From Microbotryum violaceum (lineage: Eukaryota), in NCBI GenBank assembly GCA_001244265.2, contig CDLV01000004.1, positions 1,240,001-1,304,000 on the forward strand: DNA of 64,000 nt. Reading direction: 5' to 3'. A model generated the notes under the pieces. It ran no database searches. It saw only the letters and a list, made by a program, of their open reading frames with translations, and had not been told where the DNA came from. Each line of letters begins with the position of its first letter. The stretch's first letter is position 1. Both the position numbers and the translations under genes were made by a program. This document shows, one piece after another, positions 27,682 to 43,073 of the stretch.

Positions 27682-30600
27682 CTACTGCCCTCGCCCGCCC
27701 CTTGCTCCTCCCGCCCTCAACTTCATCCTCTCCTCCAGTACCACTCTCCTTCTCTCCACGCTTTCCATCCTCGTCCCGTGCTTCTGCATCCTCCATCTTC
27801 CACTGCTGATCATCTCCAAAACTATCCCCGTGAAGATCTCGATCGTCCTGCCCGCCCCTTCCTGTTCGCTGAGCTTGGCCTTGAGCTTGGGCAGGCCAAA
27901 GAGCCGTTGCAGTGTCGTGTACTGGGCGTCCTCAATCGTATCGCACCCGAGTGCGTCGCAGAGCACGCCCCTTGCCGCGATCCAGATGTTCCACGAGTCA
28001 ACACAGCCAAAAAAGTAGTGGGCGGTGTTGTCCACCGCCGCTTCGCAGACGAGGCACGCAGGAGAAGTGTTGTGATTTTGTTGGTGTTGCAGCTTGCGCG
28101 TCGGGGTGAAGCAGAGAATCAGCTTGAACCAAACTTCCCTCTCCCTTGCCGTCAGTGCCTTCGAGTTGACCGCCTTCGAAAAGCTCCTGAGGTCGTCCGG
28201 CTACGGTGGTCCCTTGAGCCCGAGCGTGTTGGTAAAGGCCTTCGCGTTCAGGACCCGGCGGATGCGACGGATGGTGTACGGTCAAGCCATTTTCAGCAGC
28301 TTGTACTGGCTCGCCTGCTGTGGAAGCACCAGGTACGGAAGGCGCTGCTCCATTGCGAAGCAGGCCACGGGCTTGGGGAGAATTGCCTCGAGCGGTGCGC
28401 TGGTGCCGATCCGGGGGCACGTTGAGCCGTCCCGCCGCCACCGCCACCGCCAAGGGCGTGTTCTTGTGTCGATCGACAGTGAACCGGTACCAGGCCGCGA
28501 TTGCCAGTCGCTGCGGGAGCCCGCGTCGATTGTACTCGCTGTTGTCGCCGAGCACATCCGCCGGCGGCGTCCAAAGGTGAAACCCCCCACCCGCATACAA
28601 CTCGCGCCGGTAGAGATCCGCCACCTTTGGGTAGCCCTGGAGATGAAGGTAGTCAGGTATATGAACCGCGTCAATGGTCTGTCTCCCTCTGATGGGGGTG
28701 TGGAGGCTGCCGAGCAAGGTGGGAAGCGCGAGCAGGTTCGTAGTGGTCAAGGTCCTCGGGTTGACCTGCGCGTCTTGCTGTTTCGGAACCCCAATGCTGC
28801 TCGCCATCGGGGATGGAGATCGCTGGGGATGGGAGTGGATGGATGTGGCCAGAGATCGGTGGCCAGGTCGAGGTCGGACTGAGCTCGCTGGAGTGCTGCG
28901 CGCGCAAGTCCTTGCCAGATTGCGCCCGAACCGCCGAGAAGAACGTCCCAGATCCGTGCCGCAACCGCGTCCACGACGTCCTGCATCCTGATCACCCGAG
29001 TCTCCCCTTGAGCTTGGCTGTGAACACAATATCTCTGCCGTAGCTGGTCTTGCCCTTGCCCCCACGGACGAAATCGATGAGCATGTCATCGAGCTTCTTG
29101 ACGACTTCGGGCGGCGGGATGTCGGCTGCAAGGAAGTGCAGGATCTTGGGGATGGCGTACCGATTGACGTAAAAGGCACGGGTGTGGTGTGTGAGCCAGC
29201 GATGCTGAACCCCTTCCAGCGTCGCCTCGAGGCGTTCGATGAGATTCGCGTAGGCGAGTTCGGTGTCGCCGCTTGGGTCGAAGGGGAGGCCAATCCACTC
29301 GAGCGACTCGCCTGCGGCCTTGACAACGAGCGGGCGTTACCCCGGGTCCCAGCGGCGTCCGATCGGTAGGACGACCGTCTTGTCCGTGTTGAGCCGGCCA
29401 TTTGTTGCATGCCTCCAGTCGAGCGCCAGATCATCGAGCAAGTTGAGTGACTCCACGCCCGCGACGGCGACGACAACGTCATTGGCAAAAGCAAGTGATG
29501 TAATGGCGCGGCTCTGTGGGTACGAATGAAGTGCAGGTATGGACAGATTCAGCGCAATGTTTCGACGGTGTAGAGCATCCAGAAACGGCTGAAACACGAT
29601 GTCCCAGACCGAAGACGACGCCGGGTCCCCTTGGCCGAGCCCACACGTCAGTCGTACCGGCGCCGTCAAGAACCCATTGATGATGTAGCGGGCCGAGGTC
29701 GAGTCACCCGAGTAGAGCATCTTCAGCACGCGAAGAAAGGTGGCAGGAGCGCCCAGAGCGTCAAAGATGGCGAAGATCCAGTCATGCTCGACGAGGTCGT
29801 AGGCGGACGATTGGTCAAGAGATAAGAGTGCGGCCGCGGGGAACTCGGTCCTGCGCGCGCCAACTTCCTCGATCAGGAGACGAAGGTGTAGTGCAGCGTC
29901 AGCCGATCGGCGGTCCTTGACGAATCCGTGCTGCTGCGGCGGGAGGAGATCCGGTAGAATCTGGTTCAAGCGGGCGACATAGACCTTGGTAAAGATCTTG
30001 TAATCGCACTCGCGCAGGGTGATCGGCCGGTACGACGAAAGTTCGGCGCGATCGGCATTCTTCTTGTGTCGCTTGAAGATGAGGCGCACGAGTCCTTGGC
30101 CCTGCTTGGGAGAGAGTGAGCCTCGCTCTATCATCGCGTTGTAGGCCTTGGTCAGCACCTTGGCCCACGCCTTGGGTGCGGTCTGGTAGAGTTTGTAGGG
30201 CACGCCCGACGGTCCCGGCGATCGCCCCGGGTGCGTCGTCCCGATCGCGGCCACGACCTCGTCCTCGGTGATTGGTCGCTGGAGTAAGTCGATCTGCGAT
30301 TCCGAGAGTCGGCGCAGAAAGAGAGGATCCGAGCGCGGGTCGTCGCAAGTCCGCGCCGCCCTGATCGGCGCGAGGAATTCGTCCCGAAGTCGGTCGACGC
30401 GGTCCGGGTCACGAGGCTCGATGTGGTAGAGGCGCTGGAAATGCGCCTGCGTGTGGTCAAGAGCGACATCAATGTCATGCGTTAGCTCTCCGTTGCTCAA
30501 GCGCAGTGCTGTGATCTTGGAGTCCGAGTTCCGCGCCGCAAGCTTGGCGTGGACCGGCCGCGACAGTCGTTCCTCGGAGGCGATCTCGGGTACGTGGGCT

Positions 30601-31696
30601 CGGATCCGGAGTAGGCGCGCGCGCTCCTCGACCGCCCGCTTGAGTTCCTCGGACGTCCTTGTCCATTCTGCCGTTTCCGCCTCCCCCCATTCCGGTATCG
30701 CCTCCAGATCCTGCACCCTCCCCACCAAATACTCCATCCGTTCCGTCCGCTCCCGATGCAACCTCCTCGCCATCTCCCCACCCCTATCCCTGCACGCCTT
30801 CAGAATGACCTCGAGCTTCCCCACCGGTTCCTCCCCGCTTGCCCCTTCCAACCATCCTTCCATCATCCGCTGGAATTCCACCGTCTTAAATGTTGTGGTG
30901 TTGATTCGATGTAGTTGGTTTGATGTGGTAGGTAGGCTGAGCTGTGGGAGGGTCGCATCAGGATCGTCTGAGAGAGCCAGCACAATCAAGACCGGTCGGT
31001 GATCGGAAAGCTCCTTGGGATAGTCGTAGATTGTCGAGGCCTGATCGAGTCTTTTTTGGTGTGTCCGTTGCAGGAGAAAGTAGTCAAGCCGGGAGAAGGA
31101 GTTGGGTCGCTTGCGATTGGGATTAGGTCGAGTGAAGGATGGGGTGATGGGGTGTTTGTAGCGGATGCAGTCCGTGTAGGCCGAGTCGAGCTTGCCGATC
31201 AGGATTGGCCAGTGGTGGCCGCGCCGACTTTGGTTCCGCCGATCGACTCCTGGGCGCGGGCAGTCGTTGAGATCACCGCCAAGGAGTCGGAGGTGGGATT
31301 TCTGTGTTTTGTGAAATAAGAGTTTGTCAAAGAATTTCGCTCGTTGCTTTGGGTCAACAGGCGCGTAAACGTTGTTGATTTCTAGAATTTTGATGTCGCC
31401 CCGCAGACGAAAGGACGTGACGAGGAGCCGGCCGTCGAGTGCCGAGTGGGTGCGCAAGAGCTCGGCGTCGATCAGGGGGAGTCAGCCGGAATTAGAGTCA
31501 GACAATGTTGGTTGATGAAGAGCTTGCCCTCGTACTCGTCCTTGATGAGTTGCCAGAGGTGCGGTCTGATGAAGTGCTCTTGTATGAGAATGGCCAATGC
31601 TTTGAAAAGGGATAGGTAGTTGTAAATGTCACATCGTTTCTCAGGGACCCCCATGCCCCTCCTCACGTTCCAGGTGATGATGGTGTGCTTAATCAT
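27682..31696 (-). pseudogene. LINE D ORF2 (APE-RT-zinc finger), disrupted
   Basis: Same motifs as copy B. Stops at 29337, 28282 and 28201. Confidence 0.88.
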
Positions 31697-33540
31697 TAAT
31701 GGGTAGTTGAGGTCGAAGCGCTCTTGGCGGTGATGACGTCCTCAAAGAGGGGGAGGGCGGGCAGGACATCGTCCTCGGGCTCGTGGTCGGACCATCTTTT
31801 CTCCTTGGCTACCCCCTTTGCTTTCCCTCGGTCCACTTTTGTCACGCCAACCGGCATCGCCGCCGCCGCTGACATCGACCTCGTCACCCTCCGCCCCTCT
31901 GTTCCATCCTTGACAACGACGCGGCTCTTCCCTTTGATGATCACTCGCTTGGTGTCGGTCGGTTCATCACTCGGGTCACTGAGGTCCGCCGCAGTCTGCG
32001 ACCTCTTCATTACCGGCTTTTTGAACTTCGCAGCGGTCCCCCTTATATTGATGGAACGTATCTCACCGTCCTCATCCCACGTGGCAAAGTTGTGACGCAC
32101 CAAAGGGGTTTCAGCATCGAGCCTCCTCTCAAAGCTTTGGTCCCGCTCGAGTCGTGCCTGCTCAACCCAGTTAGCTCTGATCCTGTCCCACTCCTCCCCC
32201 TCACAAAGCGACTTGGCGAGAGTTTTGGGTGACAAAGGTGGGGTTGGTTCGTGGGGTGTCGATTCGCGGGAAGCGGTGGCGGCGGTTGCTGTTGTGTCGC
32301 TGTCGTCGTCATTGTCCAGCCTGTTCGTCTCCCCTAAGTCCGTCGCTTCCGCGTTCTCCGCTTTCGTTGCTCCCCCTGCCTCGTCCACATCGTCCACCTC
32401 CGTTGCCACCTCCTCTTCCTCCATCTCTGTCGCCACCTCCCTTTCCTCCATCTCCGTCGCCACCTTGCCTTCTGTTTCGCCCCTTCCATCCGCCATCACC
32501 TCATCCTCATCAATCACCTCTCCATCGGATCCTCCGCGGTCCTCTAAAACCGACTCGTCCTTGCTCTTGAGTTTGATGACCTCCGTTTTCGCGGTCGCCT
32601 CTGATTCCATCTCCGAGTCCTCGGAGTCCTCGGAGTCCGCCTTATCACCAGCGTCCTCCTCCCCCAATTCCTCTGGCCCCTGTCCGCTCTGGCCAGTTAC
32701 CACTTCCTCCTGTCCCTCCTCAACCTCGAGCCCGGTGAAGCGATTCTGTGATGCGATCCTGTTAACAACCGGCACAGGAATGGGGGCCTCGGCCTCCACA
32801 ATGTTGGTGTTGTTGGCATTGGTGTTGCTGTTGTGAGCCTCCTTTCGCTTGCTCTCCTGATCCAGTCCGCAGGTTCCCACGTGACCAACAAAGTGGCACC
32901 TACCGCAAGCCGCCTCCTTCTCATAGTCATGGCAAAGGGCGGTGACCGGGATGCCTCGAGTGGGAAGGCCGATTCTCGAAGGTAGAATCTCTTTCAAGGT
33001 CATGTTTGGGCATTTGAATAGGGAGTTGTCATTGAAGTGTAGGAAAGCTGAGTAGTCTCCGGCAACGTGGGCAAAGGCCGAGGCGTTGTCCACGCTGATA
33101 ATGCGCAGAACCTGCACAGGTTGGCATGAATGTCCCTTGCCTGACAAGTCCTGCACTTCAAGGACGTAATCAAAGATGTTCTCGACAGATCGGTTTGCGT
33201 TCAAGGCCGAGAATTTCAGCAATGTGGCGGTGGCGACAGGGTAGAGTTCGGTGAAGTAGATGGCCTGGACCCAGCGATCCATGCGGCTTCCGGGTACAGC
33301 ACCCATGGCTTGTAGGAGGCTGCCCAGAGCCTTGGCACGCTGTTGTTGTTGTTGCTGTTGTTCAGGTGACTGAGTCGCGTGACTCGCAGCGGCGGCATAG
33401 TTGGGTGCGGCGGTGGTGGGGCCCGTGACTTGCATCTTCTTCGAGCTTATCGGGATCTGGTCGCCGGGTGGCTGGACGCTGGTGGCGGTGCCGGCGGTGG
33501 GGACCCAGGGTCTCCTGCAGACATCTTGTCGGTGTATCAC
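31696..33540 (-). CDS. LINE D ORF1 (zinc knuckle, acidic region)
   Basis: 614-aa open frame with [13 protein letters not shown]. Lacks roughly 130 aa present in copy A (junction ~33157). True start is uncertain. Confidence 0.75.
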   Translation of the reverse strand: MIHRQDVCRRPWVPTAGTATSVQPPGDQIPISSKKMQVTGPTTAAPNYAAAASHATQSPEQQQQQQQRAKALGSLLQAMGAVPGSRMDRWVQAIYFTELYPVATATLLKFSALNANRSVENIFDYVLEVQDLSGKGHSCQPVQVLRIISVDNASAFAHVAGDYSAFLHFNDNSLFKCPNMTLKEILPSRIGLPTRGIPVTALCHDYEKEAACGRCHFVGHVGTCGLDQESKRKEAHNSNTNANNTNIVEAEAPIPVPVVNRIASQNRFTGLEVEEGQEEVVTGQSGQGPEELGEEDAGDKADSEDSEDSEMESEATAKTEVIKLKSKDESVLEDRGGSDGEVIDEDEVMADGRGETEGKVATEMEEREVATEMEEEEVATEVDDVDEAGGATKAENAEATDLGETNRLDNDDDSDTTATAATASRESTPHEPTPPLSPKTLAKSLCEGEEWDRIRANWVEQARLERDQSFERRLDAETPLVRHNFATWDEDGEIRSINIRGTAAKFKKPVMKRSQTAADLSDPSDEPTDTKRVIIKGKSRVVVKDGTEGRRVTRSMSAAAAMPVGVTKVDRGKAKGVAKEKRWSDHEPEDDVLPALPLFEDVITAKSASTSTTH

Positions 33541-33604
33541 TTGTTAACTCGAGTATCGAAGACTGCGGTAGGGCGATTTCGAAGTGAAGTGAAGTGAAGT
33601 GTAG

Positions 33605-35577
<1,973 letters not shown>

Positions 35578-35950
35578 TAGGCGTCAGCTTGGATCGTCCA
35601 ACTAGGGCGTTCCGGTAGGAAGGGCAGTTTCGTACAAAAGCTTGTGCGGAGACTGCTGTGATGCAAGTGAACAATGAGTACGTCGTACAACTAGCCGAGC
35701 GTAATCTGGACACTTACCTCGAGCGCGTGGCAGGGCCTGCGGGCGTCGAGGGCTTTCTGGAGGCAGCGGCTGCTGTAAATCCTGTGCGAGGGGGGCTTCG
35801 CGTGAGCAACGGATTGCTTGGATGAGGATCCTAAGGTGGTGGCTAACTGACCCTTGGTAGAGGGTGGCAGTGCTGGAGCAGCGGGCTGGCAACAGAGAGC
35901 GTCGACGGTGCGGAACCGAGATGGAGTAAGCGGCGCGGACGCAAATACAC

Positions 35951-36297
35951 TTGAGGGGTGGAAAAACTCTGAGGACTCATGGAGAGGCCTAGGGATGCTG
36001 AGCGCTCCGGAGAGGCTAGGAAAGTACGCTGAGCCGCTTGCGGGGAGGGCTAGGCTCTGAGCACTCCGGGGAGGCTAGGAAAGCTGACGCTAAGTCAGGG
36101 ACTGGATGCACGGATGCGCGCTTGAACATTGAGCGTGGAACTCTTACCGCTAAAGCTCAACAGACATCAGCCGATCCTAGCCTCTCAGGAGCGCTCAGCG
36201 TATTTTCCTAGCCTCTCCGGAGCGCTCAGCGTATTTCCTAGCCTCTCCGGAGCGCTCAGCGTCCTAGGTCTCTCCGTGAGTTCCTCAGAGCCCTCAA
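35951..36297. repeat. Foldback/MITE-like element with long inverted arms built from ~30-bp subrepeats
   Basis: Left-arm units GCTGAGCGCTCCGGAGAGGCTAGGA are the reverse complement of right-arm units TCCTAGCCTCTCCGGAGCGCTCAGC (3 copies). Outer CTCTGAGGA/TCCTCAGAG and TTGAGGG/CCCTCAA also pair. Confidence 0.8.
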
Positions 36298-36957
36298 CCT
36301 CTCTGCGAGTGCCTCGCGTCCGCGCTACGCCTCGCAAAGCGATCTCTCGGTCCTTTAAGCTTCCCGCCCACCTTCCCTATTTACCCTTTAAATGTCTCTT
36401 TCTTACTTTGATACATTTCAATAGTGACCGAGTTGTTAGTTACGACACGGTCCCTTTCGGTTTCTCGAGCTCCGCTGCAACATGACATCACCTCTCGCTA
36501 AAAATCACTGTGCAAGCGGCTTTGGAGAGTTGAGTGAATTTTGTCTCCGTACGCCGGGCGCTGCGTTCTGCCTGACTCGCAAGGACACGAGACAGATACC
36601 ACAGCTACCTACGAACACTACTCGTCTCTGCGTCCAGTTACCACAAGCCTCGAATCTCGCTCTTTGAATGTGCATTTTTTTCTATATGATCATCTCTCGC
36701 ACCTTGCTTTCCATCGATCTCCTCATTTTTCGCGCGTCCTCGCCTTTCTTCAGTATGCAGTTTGCGAGCCTCATACAACAACCCAGTCCAACCCGCTGCC
36801 CAAGCTGATTCCGGTCACCGTAGATGGTACCCAAAGAAAAGGGAGAAAGCAGGAAGGGACTCAGCGGCGATCGCTCCTTGGAACCGCCTTGGAGGGGAAT
36901 GTCCACCATGGTCCTGCCACGCCGTCCATCTGCGATGACCGAAAGCATCACGAGCGC

Positions 36958-37041
36958 TCACCATCATCACCATCATCACCATCATCACCATCATCACCAT
37001 CATCACCATCATCACCATCATCACCATCATCACCATCATCA
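36958..37041. repeat. (TCACCATCA)n tandem repeat, about 9 copies
   Basis: Read directly from the sequence. Confidence 0.95.
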
Positions 37042-37190
37042 TACAATCTCTCTCGTCGACGAAGAGGGACGCGATCCTGTACTGAGCCGAACGAAGGTCT
37101 GATCCAGAGCGGCTCGTGCAGCGACGACAGCGATACGTCCTCCTCACGCCGCAAGGCTATTTTATTTATTTATTTGAGCTCCGCCGCTCC

Positions 37191-37675
37191 CAAGGATCCG
37201 CATTAGATCAGATCACCTTCAGATCAGGTCTGATCTGATCTGGATTTTTCTGATTTTGCCTTGATTGATCTGATCTTGATCTGATCTGAGCAGATCAAAT
37301 TGATCTGAGACATGTAATTGCCTAATTTGGCACATAAAGACTTCTACATGTCTACATGTTGAAATCCTCATCTTCTTCCTCATCCTCATCCTCATCATCC
37401 TCCAAAGTGATCACCTTGTTAAGCCGCCGCTTTTTGGAGGAGCTCCCCGCTTTTATGACTGGATTGGGTCGCATGATTCCTATGAGAAAGTGCTAGCAAT
37501 GAGATGGCGCGATCCATTCTCTCTTCTGATCAGGTGCGCCGCAGTTGAAATCACAATGGCACCATCTAGGTACCGCCTACTTTTGGACTTTTTTCCTCGA
37601 GGCTTGATTGATCTGAACTTGATCTGACCCCCGTCAGATCAGATCAGATCAGATCAGATCTAATGCGGACCCTTG
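37191..37675. mobile_element. Non-autonomous hAT-type DNA transposon (485 bp)
   Basis: 19-bp TIR CAAGG(A/G)TCCGCATTAGATC, perfect 8-bp TSD GCCGCTCC (37183-37190, 37676-37683), subterminal GATCA/GATCT arrays. Confidence 0.88.
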
Positions 37676-38046
37676 GCCGCTCCATCAAGGGGCTTCGCCA
37701 ACAATGTCTCATCGCCACGCACTCGAATATATAGTTCAAGGCAGCCGAGGAAGCATTTTCTGAAGGCTTGTGCAGGCCGACCTTCTGCTGACGGCCTCGG
37801 GTCCAAGTCACCGCCGTCCCGTCAAACCCGGTCCACCGAGCTTTCCGGTCAAGTGGTCTTATACATTTAATCAGCAGATTTCTTTGCATTGCATAGCGTT
37901 GTGTTGCACCACTGTCCCCATCGTCCTCGCGCAAGGAATGAGTTTCCTCAGGGGTCATGTAGGATGCCGAGATTTTCTCTAAGATCTTTAGACATTCGTC
38001 ATTATGAGAGTTAACCAGACTCGTATCCCGGAACCGTCACAAGACT

Positions 38047-41000
38047 TCACCGGCGATCGTCGGCTTTCGTAGCCAGTAGCACCTTTCGAGCTTCGACAAT
38101 GCGATTGGCAAGTCTCATGACGTTCGCTGCTGCCATGATGACCTCGCTCGTGAGCTCCACTTTGAACGCCTCTCTGATGGCGTAGGCGATGTGCTTTGCG
38201 TCGGTGACTGAGTAGATCGCAAAGTCGTCCTTGTCCGAGAAGACCAACTCAGGCCCGCTGTTATCATTGAGCCCCCGAAACGGTTCTGAAGAAGGTGTGT
38301 CGTTTTGGGAAAGGTCATCGTCGAATTCGAGCAGGCGCGAAGCTGACTTGGGCCTCGCCGCGGGGTCGGAGGCGAGAGCATGTGCAACAATGACAGTCAG
38401 TGTCTTGTAGATTTCTTGCGGATCGTTGGCATCGTTGGGCTCCTCGACTATTAGTGGCCAGAAGCTGAGTCAACGAGGGTGGCGTAAATGTGCGATGCTA
38501 GAGCTGTTGTACGAACCGTAAATATGTACCGGCTCGGCTCGGGCCATGACACTGTGCTTGCCATCATGGTGGTATCTGAGACAGCTAAAGTCGTGTCAGT
38601 GTCTAGGTATCTTCCCACGGCCGCGATATCCGAGCTGGGACTGACCGGATCTCGTACGATCCTGTTGACCATGGAAGCCGCGCGCCAGAGAACGTCACAG
38701 AGCCACTCGCCACCTCGTGTTTCAGATCTTTTGAGTCCTCGGCACCTGGCCCATTCGTGCCTTCATATTTGTCTCCCCGCCACTCATGCTCGTGCACACC
38801 CAGCCACCGACCGTGGCTCGATATGCGCGTCACAAGCTGGCTCTGGTTCGCGCCTTGGCAATAGATGCCGATCCAATCTTTCCTCGAGTGGTTGAGCGGT
38901 GCCTGCCATTGAACCCCGATAACCTGGCCGAGATGAAAGCTCGGAATATCGCCTCTTGTGCCACCGGACGGTCGGAGCGACCTGGATTGGGGCGCGCTTA
39001 ACTTAAGGCCGTACTTTGACGCATCGTACTCATCGAGATCGTGGGCGACACGGCTGCACAAATGAGGGGCAAGCTGAGATCCCTGTACAGATTCGAGGCC
39101 GCTGAAAGGTACTCGCACCTAATCACCAGGCGTTCACTCGTCTGCTTGAGCAGCACTTTCGTTTCATTGACGTAACCTTTGACAATTGGACCAGCTGTGG
39201 AGGGTAAAATGCATTGACAAGGGGCCACAGTCGGACAGATCAGCGCGAGAAGTTGATGAAGATCGAGAGGACTAACATTTGTACAACTTACAGCGGTTCA
39301 GGAAGTCTTCTAGAACGTCGGCGGTCTCGTCGAGTACCTTCTCGAAAGAACCTTGGACCTCCCTCACGCTTTGACTGACGCCACCAAATACATGCGCGTT
39401 ACGAGCGGCCACACCCCTAATGGTTTTGGTCACTCCTGCGTCCTGCCGAAGCGTGTTGCCATACAATCTGCGCATGTGCGGGCTAGAATGTCCAGCAGCG
39501 GCACGTAGCAAGTCGTCGTAGTCAGCTGCGCGGACGGGGCCAAATACCGCCGAAGAGCCACATACTTTTCCACAACACTAAGGAACCACCAATGCGCAGC
39601 AACGGCGATCACGGCCTGGGACAGCAGGAGCTTGCTGCCTGAAATGAGCACCATGCCGAAAAAAGCTGCACCGCCCATTGACCGCTCTGGGTTGTTGAGG
39701 AATCGGAATATGCCAGTATAGTACAGCTCATGAGGGTAGTCCTGTATAAAGAAATCCCCTATTGCTCGAACCGAGGATGTTTCAGGGGACTGGTCAGAGG
39801 CTCCGAATACTGGCTGGGGCAGAGATTGGGGCGGAGCCGCTGCCTTGCACCCCTCTCAGAGCCACAACTGACCGTAGAACCATCCGAAAGGACCCAAAAC
39901 CTCCAATGTGGACTGAGTTGTCCAAAGGTGCAAGGCAACTAGCGACTGAAGCGACCGCTACGCATTTCAGCTGCTCGCCGGTCAACTCGTCTCGGCCTGG
40001 CAGAGGACGTGCGTCAGATTAGACTCACGATACCAAGCACGTGTCGAACGAGCTGAGCCCCAACGGTCCAGTCTACTGGAAAACTGTAACATTGCCACGC
40101 CAGTGCACCGAACGAGGCTGACAAAGCGTTCGAAGTAAAAATGAGCTTGATATCGAGGACATCGATGCACCGCGATAAGCCTACCATAAGACATGCACAA
40201 GCTCATATTGTACGTGGCCTTCCAATTCTTGAATGCGTCGTCGACAGCCTGGGCATAAATCGATGCGAGTACAATCAATCTTACAATCCAGGCCTGTAGG
40301 AGCCACCAGCCAACTCGATCAAATACGCCGACGCACCTCTCCTTCGACTTCGTAGTGATAGTGCTTCAGAAAGTGACGGACAATCCATTTGCGCTCGCTT
40401 TGCGCCTTCAGCGCGGACCCGAGCCCAAACGAATGGAAGCAGCGCCATGCGAGTGTATGCACGAAAGCGAGGGAAATTTGCGCTTGAGGGCAAAGCGGTG
40501 GCATGAAGACTACAACCGCGCCATAGAAGACGACCAGGAGGAAGGCCAAATCACGATTGCTGTTGCAAGAAGGCGACGTAAGGGCGCTGATACCAAGCCC
40601 AGTTGGATTCACAGGATCAAAGTCGCTTACCGGAAAACGTCGAGGTTCTTGAAGATGAGGAGGTCGTTGCGGAAGTAGTGATTATCGAGATCGTGGCGTG
40701 TCGCAACCACCCTGCGACGTCGAACAGTCGGCTCCAGCGTCGAATCTAGAGATCCGCCATATTGGGGCGAGCTACTCGCCTCGGGTGGCTGACCCGGCTG
40801 GTTTGGCGAGTGGCCCGCCCGGGATGCCGAGAAAGCGGGGGCTGCTTCGAACTCCGACTCCGACCCTGTGGACGCGTGGTCCGTCAAGTCTGGTGTGGAC
40901 GACTCCGTGATTGGGCCATCAGCTACATGTGGTGACAAAGCTCGTAATAACGATACTGCTGGCCCAGAGATCGGCGCTTGAGCTGTTCGGGCGGCCAAAG

Positions 41001-42890
41001 GTTTGCGCTGACCATATGTTCGCTCAATGTCTGTGCATGCGCAAGCTCGTTCGTTAGACGGGCACCGACCGAGCTTGCGTCTATATTTTTGCTGCGCAAG
41101 TTGAAAGCTCACGAGGATTCTCAAAGTACACCAGAAACCCGAATTGACAGGCGTGCGCCAGTATCGAAACAACCAAGACTGTTTGCGAGGCCACCAGTAG
41201 CGACAAGCCATAGTAACCCGCATAGCCCACCGAGTACATCGGGTGCGGAGCGAACTGTGGGGTAAGTACATGGTCAAGCCAGCGGTCTTAGACAATCCAG
41301 GCCGAGCACGGAGTTCCCGGGGCACAGGCAGAGACTTACTTCGAATACACCATCAAAGACCAATTCTTGCAGGCTCAAGAAAAAGGCGTCGCCCCAGTAC
41401 CAGCTGCGTCGTGCAGTGCTGCAGTCAGAGATCCGAACTCGATAAGGACGTCGCATCGGATGCGACTTACGCATAATCCTTGACAATCCGATGCGCATCG
41501 ACTTTGACCCAAAGGTTGAACAAGATGAGCGTCACGCCGCCGATCCAACGCAACACATGGAAGGCGGTCGAATGACCGGGCGGGGTTTGCAGGAATGACA
41601 GGGCGAAAAAGAAATACGATAGGAAGTCGTTGAGGAGGATAACGTCGACAAAGTGTCGGAACATGATCCAGACCTGCAAATCATGACGTGGCGAGATGAG
41701 TACCGGCTATGATCACTGGCGGAAGCGCTCGAAGTCAGTACATGGCACTCACGTTGAACTCGATCGGTACCGCCTAGTGCGTGGCGTAGGCAGAGAAGAG
41801 GGAGCACACCAAACGTGAGCAAGACAGCTCCAAAGCATCAAGCATCGGAGTGCCGTCAGAAGAAGCATACGCCGTGATGGGCACAGATGGACGACGGCGA
41901 CATTCCGAAGCGCGACTCACGTCGAAAGCATAATCCGGGCCCATCTTGGCCTTGAGCTCGCTGGTGACCCACCGATGCACGCGCGGTCTACGAGATAGAT
42001 CCATCCAACCTCGTCTGAGCACTGTGCGCACGATCCACCTGTGTTCGCTCTGCCGCTTGAGTACGACGCCTAGCCCGCAGTCGTACGCGAGCCTCCACAA
42101 TGCGAAATAGCCAAGGAAGAAATAGCGCGATCTTGCGAGCGGAAGCGACAAGAATAGCACCACTTGTGCGGCGAGTAGAAACAAGGTGAGCAGGTCGATG
42201 TGCTGCAAGCGAGCAAGATGAGACGAGAGGACGGAGAAGACGGGCGCGATAGAGCAATAGTGGGATAATCCGGCAAAGCGATGACGGTGCATGTGACACA
42301 TGTCGACGTCACAATCGGTTAGTGCATGTTTCGTCAATTGCAAGACGGAGGCGCGCTTGGAGTTTAGATCCTCAACTCAACTGATTTGGGCAGCCTGGGG
42401 TCGAACAAGGACGACAGCATATCGTGTGTCTGAGGAATACGGAACACTGGTGGCCGTTGCCGATCGACGAAGCCGTGAGCACAGATCGTGGGTAGGGTCA
42501 GCGCTGATTTGTGGTGTGCGGCTGCTGCCACGTCACGACCGGCGTGACCCGAGCCGACCGGTCGTCTCCATACGCGACGCCCTACGCGACGCCATGCGAG
42601 ATGCGTAACATGTGATAGATGCACGACACCGTTGGGCTGACCCGCAACGAGCTGAGCGCGCAGTACTTCGCTCGCATCACTGACTGACCTTTGCCATCCG
42701 GGGTTTTGCCTAGTGGAGCGTGCGACTTATCCGAGTCCGACGACTGGGTTGGGTTCACGGCTTGCGATGGCTGTACAGTTTTTGGCGTGGTCGTGGTCGT
42801 GGTCGTGGTGGCCGTGGGCGCAACGTCGGTCGTACCGCCAGGCGCTCGTCGCCTCAGCCCAGACGGGTCTTGTACGTGATCACAGCTCAT
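38047..42890 (-). CDS. CHO2: Phosphatidylethanolamine N-methyltransferase (class I), multi-exon
   Basis: [103 protein letters not shown]. Confidence 0.92.
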
Positions 42891-43073
42891 AGCGAAGCCT
42901 ATCCTCTGGGATCTATCCTGTACGCGCACGCAGGTGAAGTTGACGGGAGGGAAGGGGGGGCGGGGAGGCAAGTCTATGCTACGTGCGAACTTAGGTCGGG
43001 CGAGCAGGTGCCAGGTTGAAGCAGGAAGGACCCCCGAAAGCCCGGCCTGAGGCGCGTAGCGCCCGACTGGACA

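Larger units (their letters stand above)
27032..33604 (-). mobile_element. LINE copy D (family 1), both ends intact, in-frame deletion in ORF1
   Basis: A15 tail, near-identical to copy B over ~6.1 kb. 5' end CTACACTTCACTTCACTTCAC abuts the A20 tail of the family 2 copy. Confidence 0.93.

Noticed and set aside
36815-37154. Poly-His, (SSP)n, (DDG)n and (MMV)n ORFs
   Set aside because: All are translations of the 9-bp tandem repeat; no other coding evidence.
35951-37675. CRISPR-like arrays
   Set aside because: Eukaryotic context, no unique spacers; the repeats are explained by transposon ends and microsatellites.
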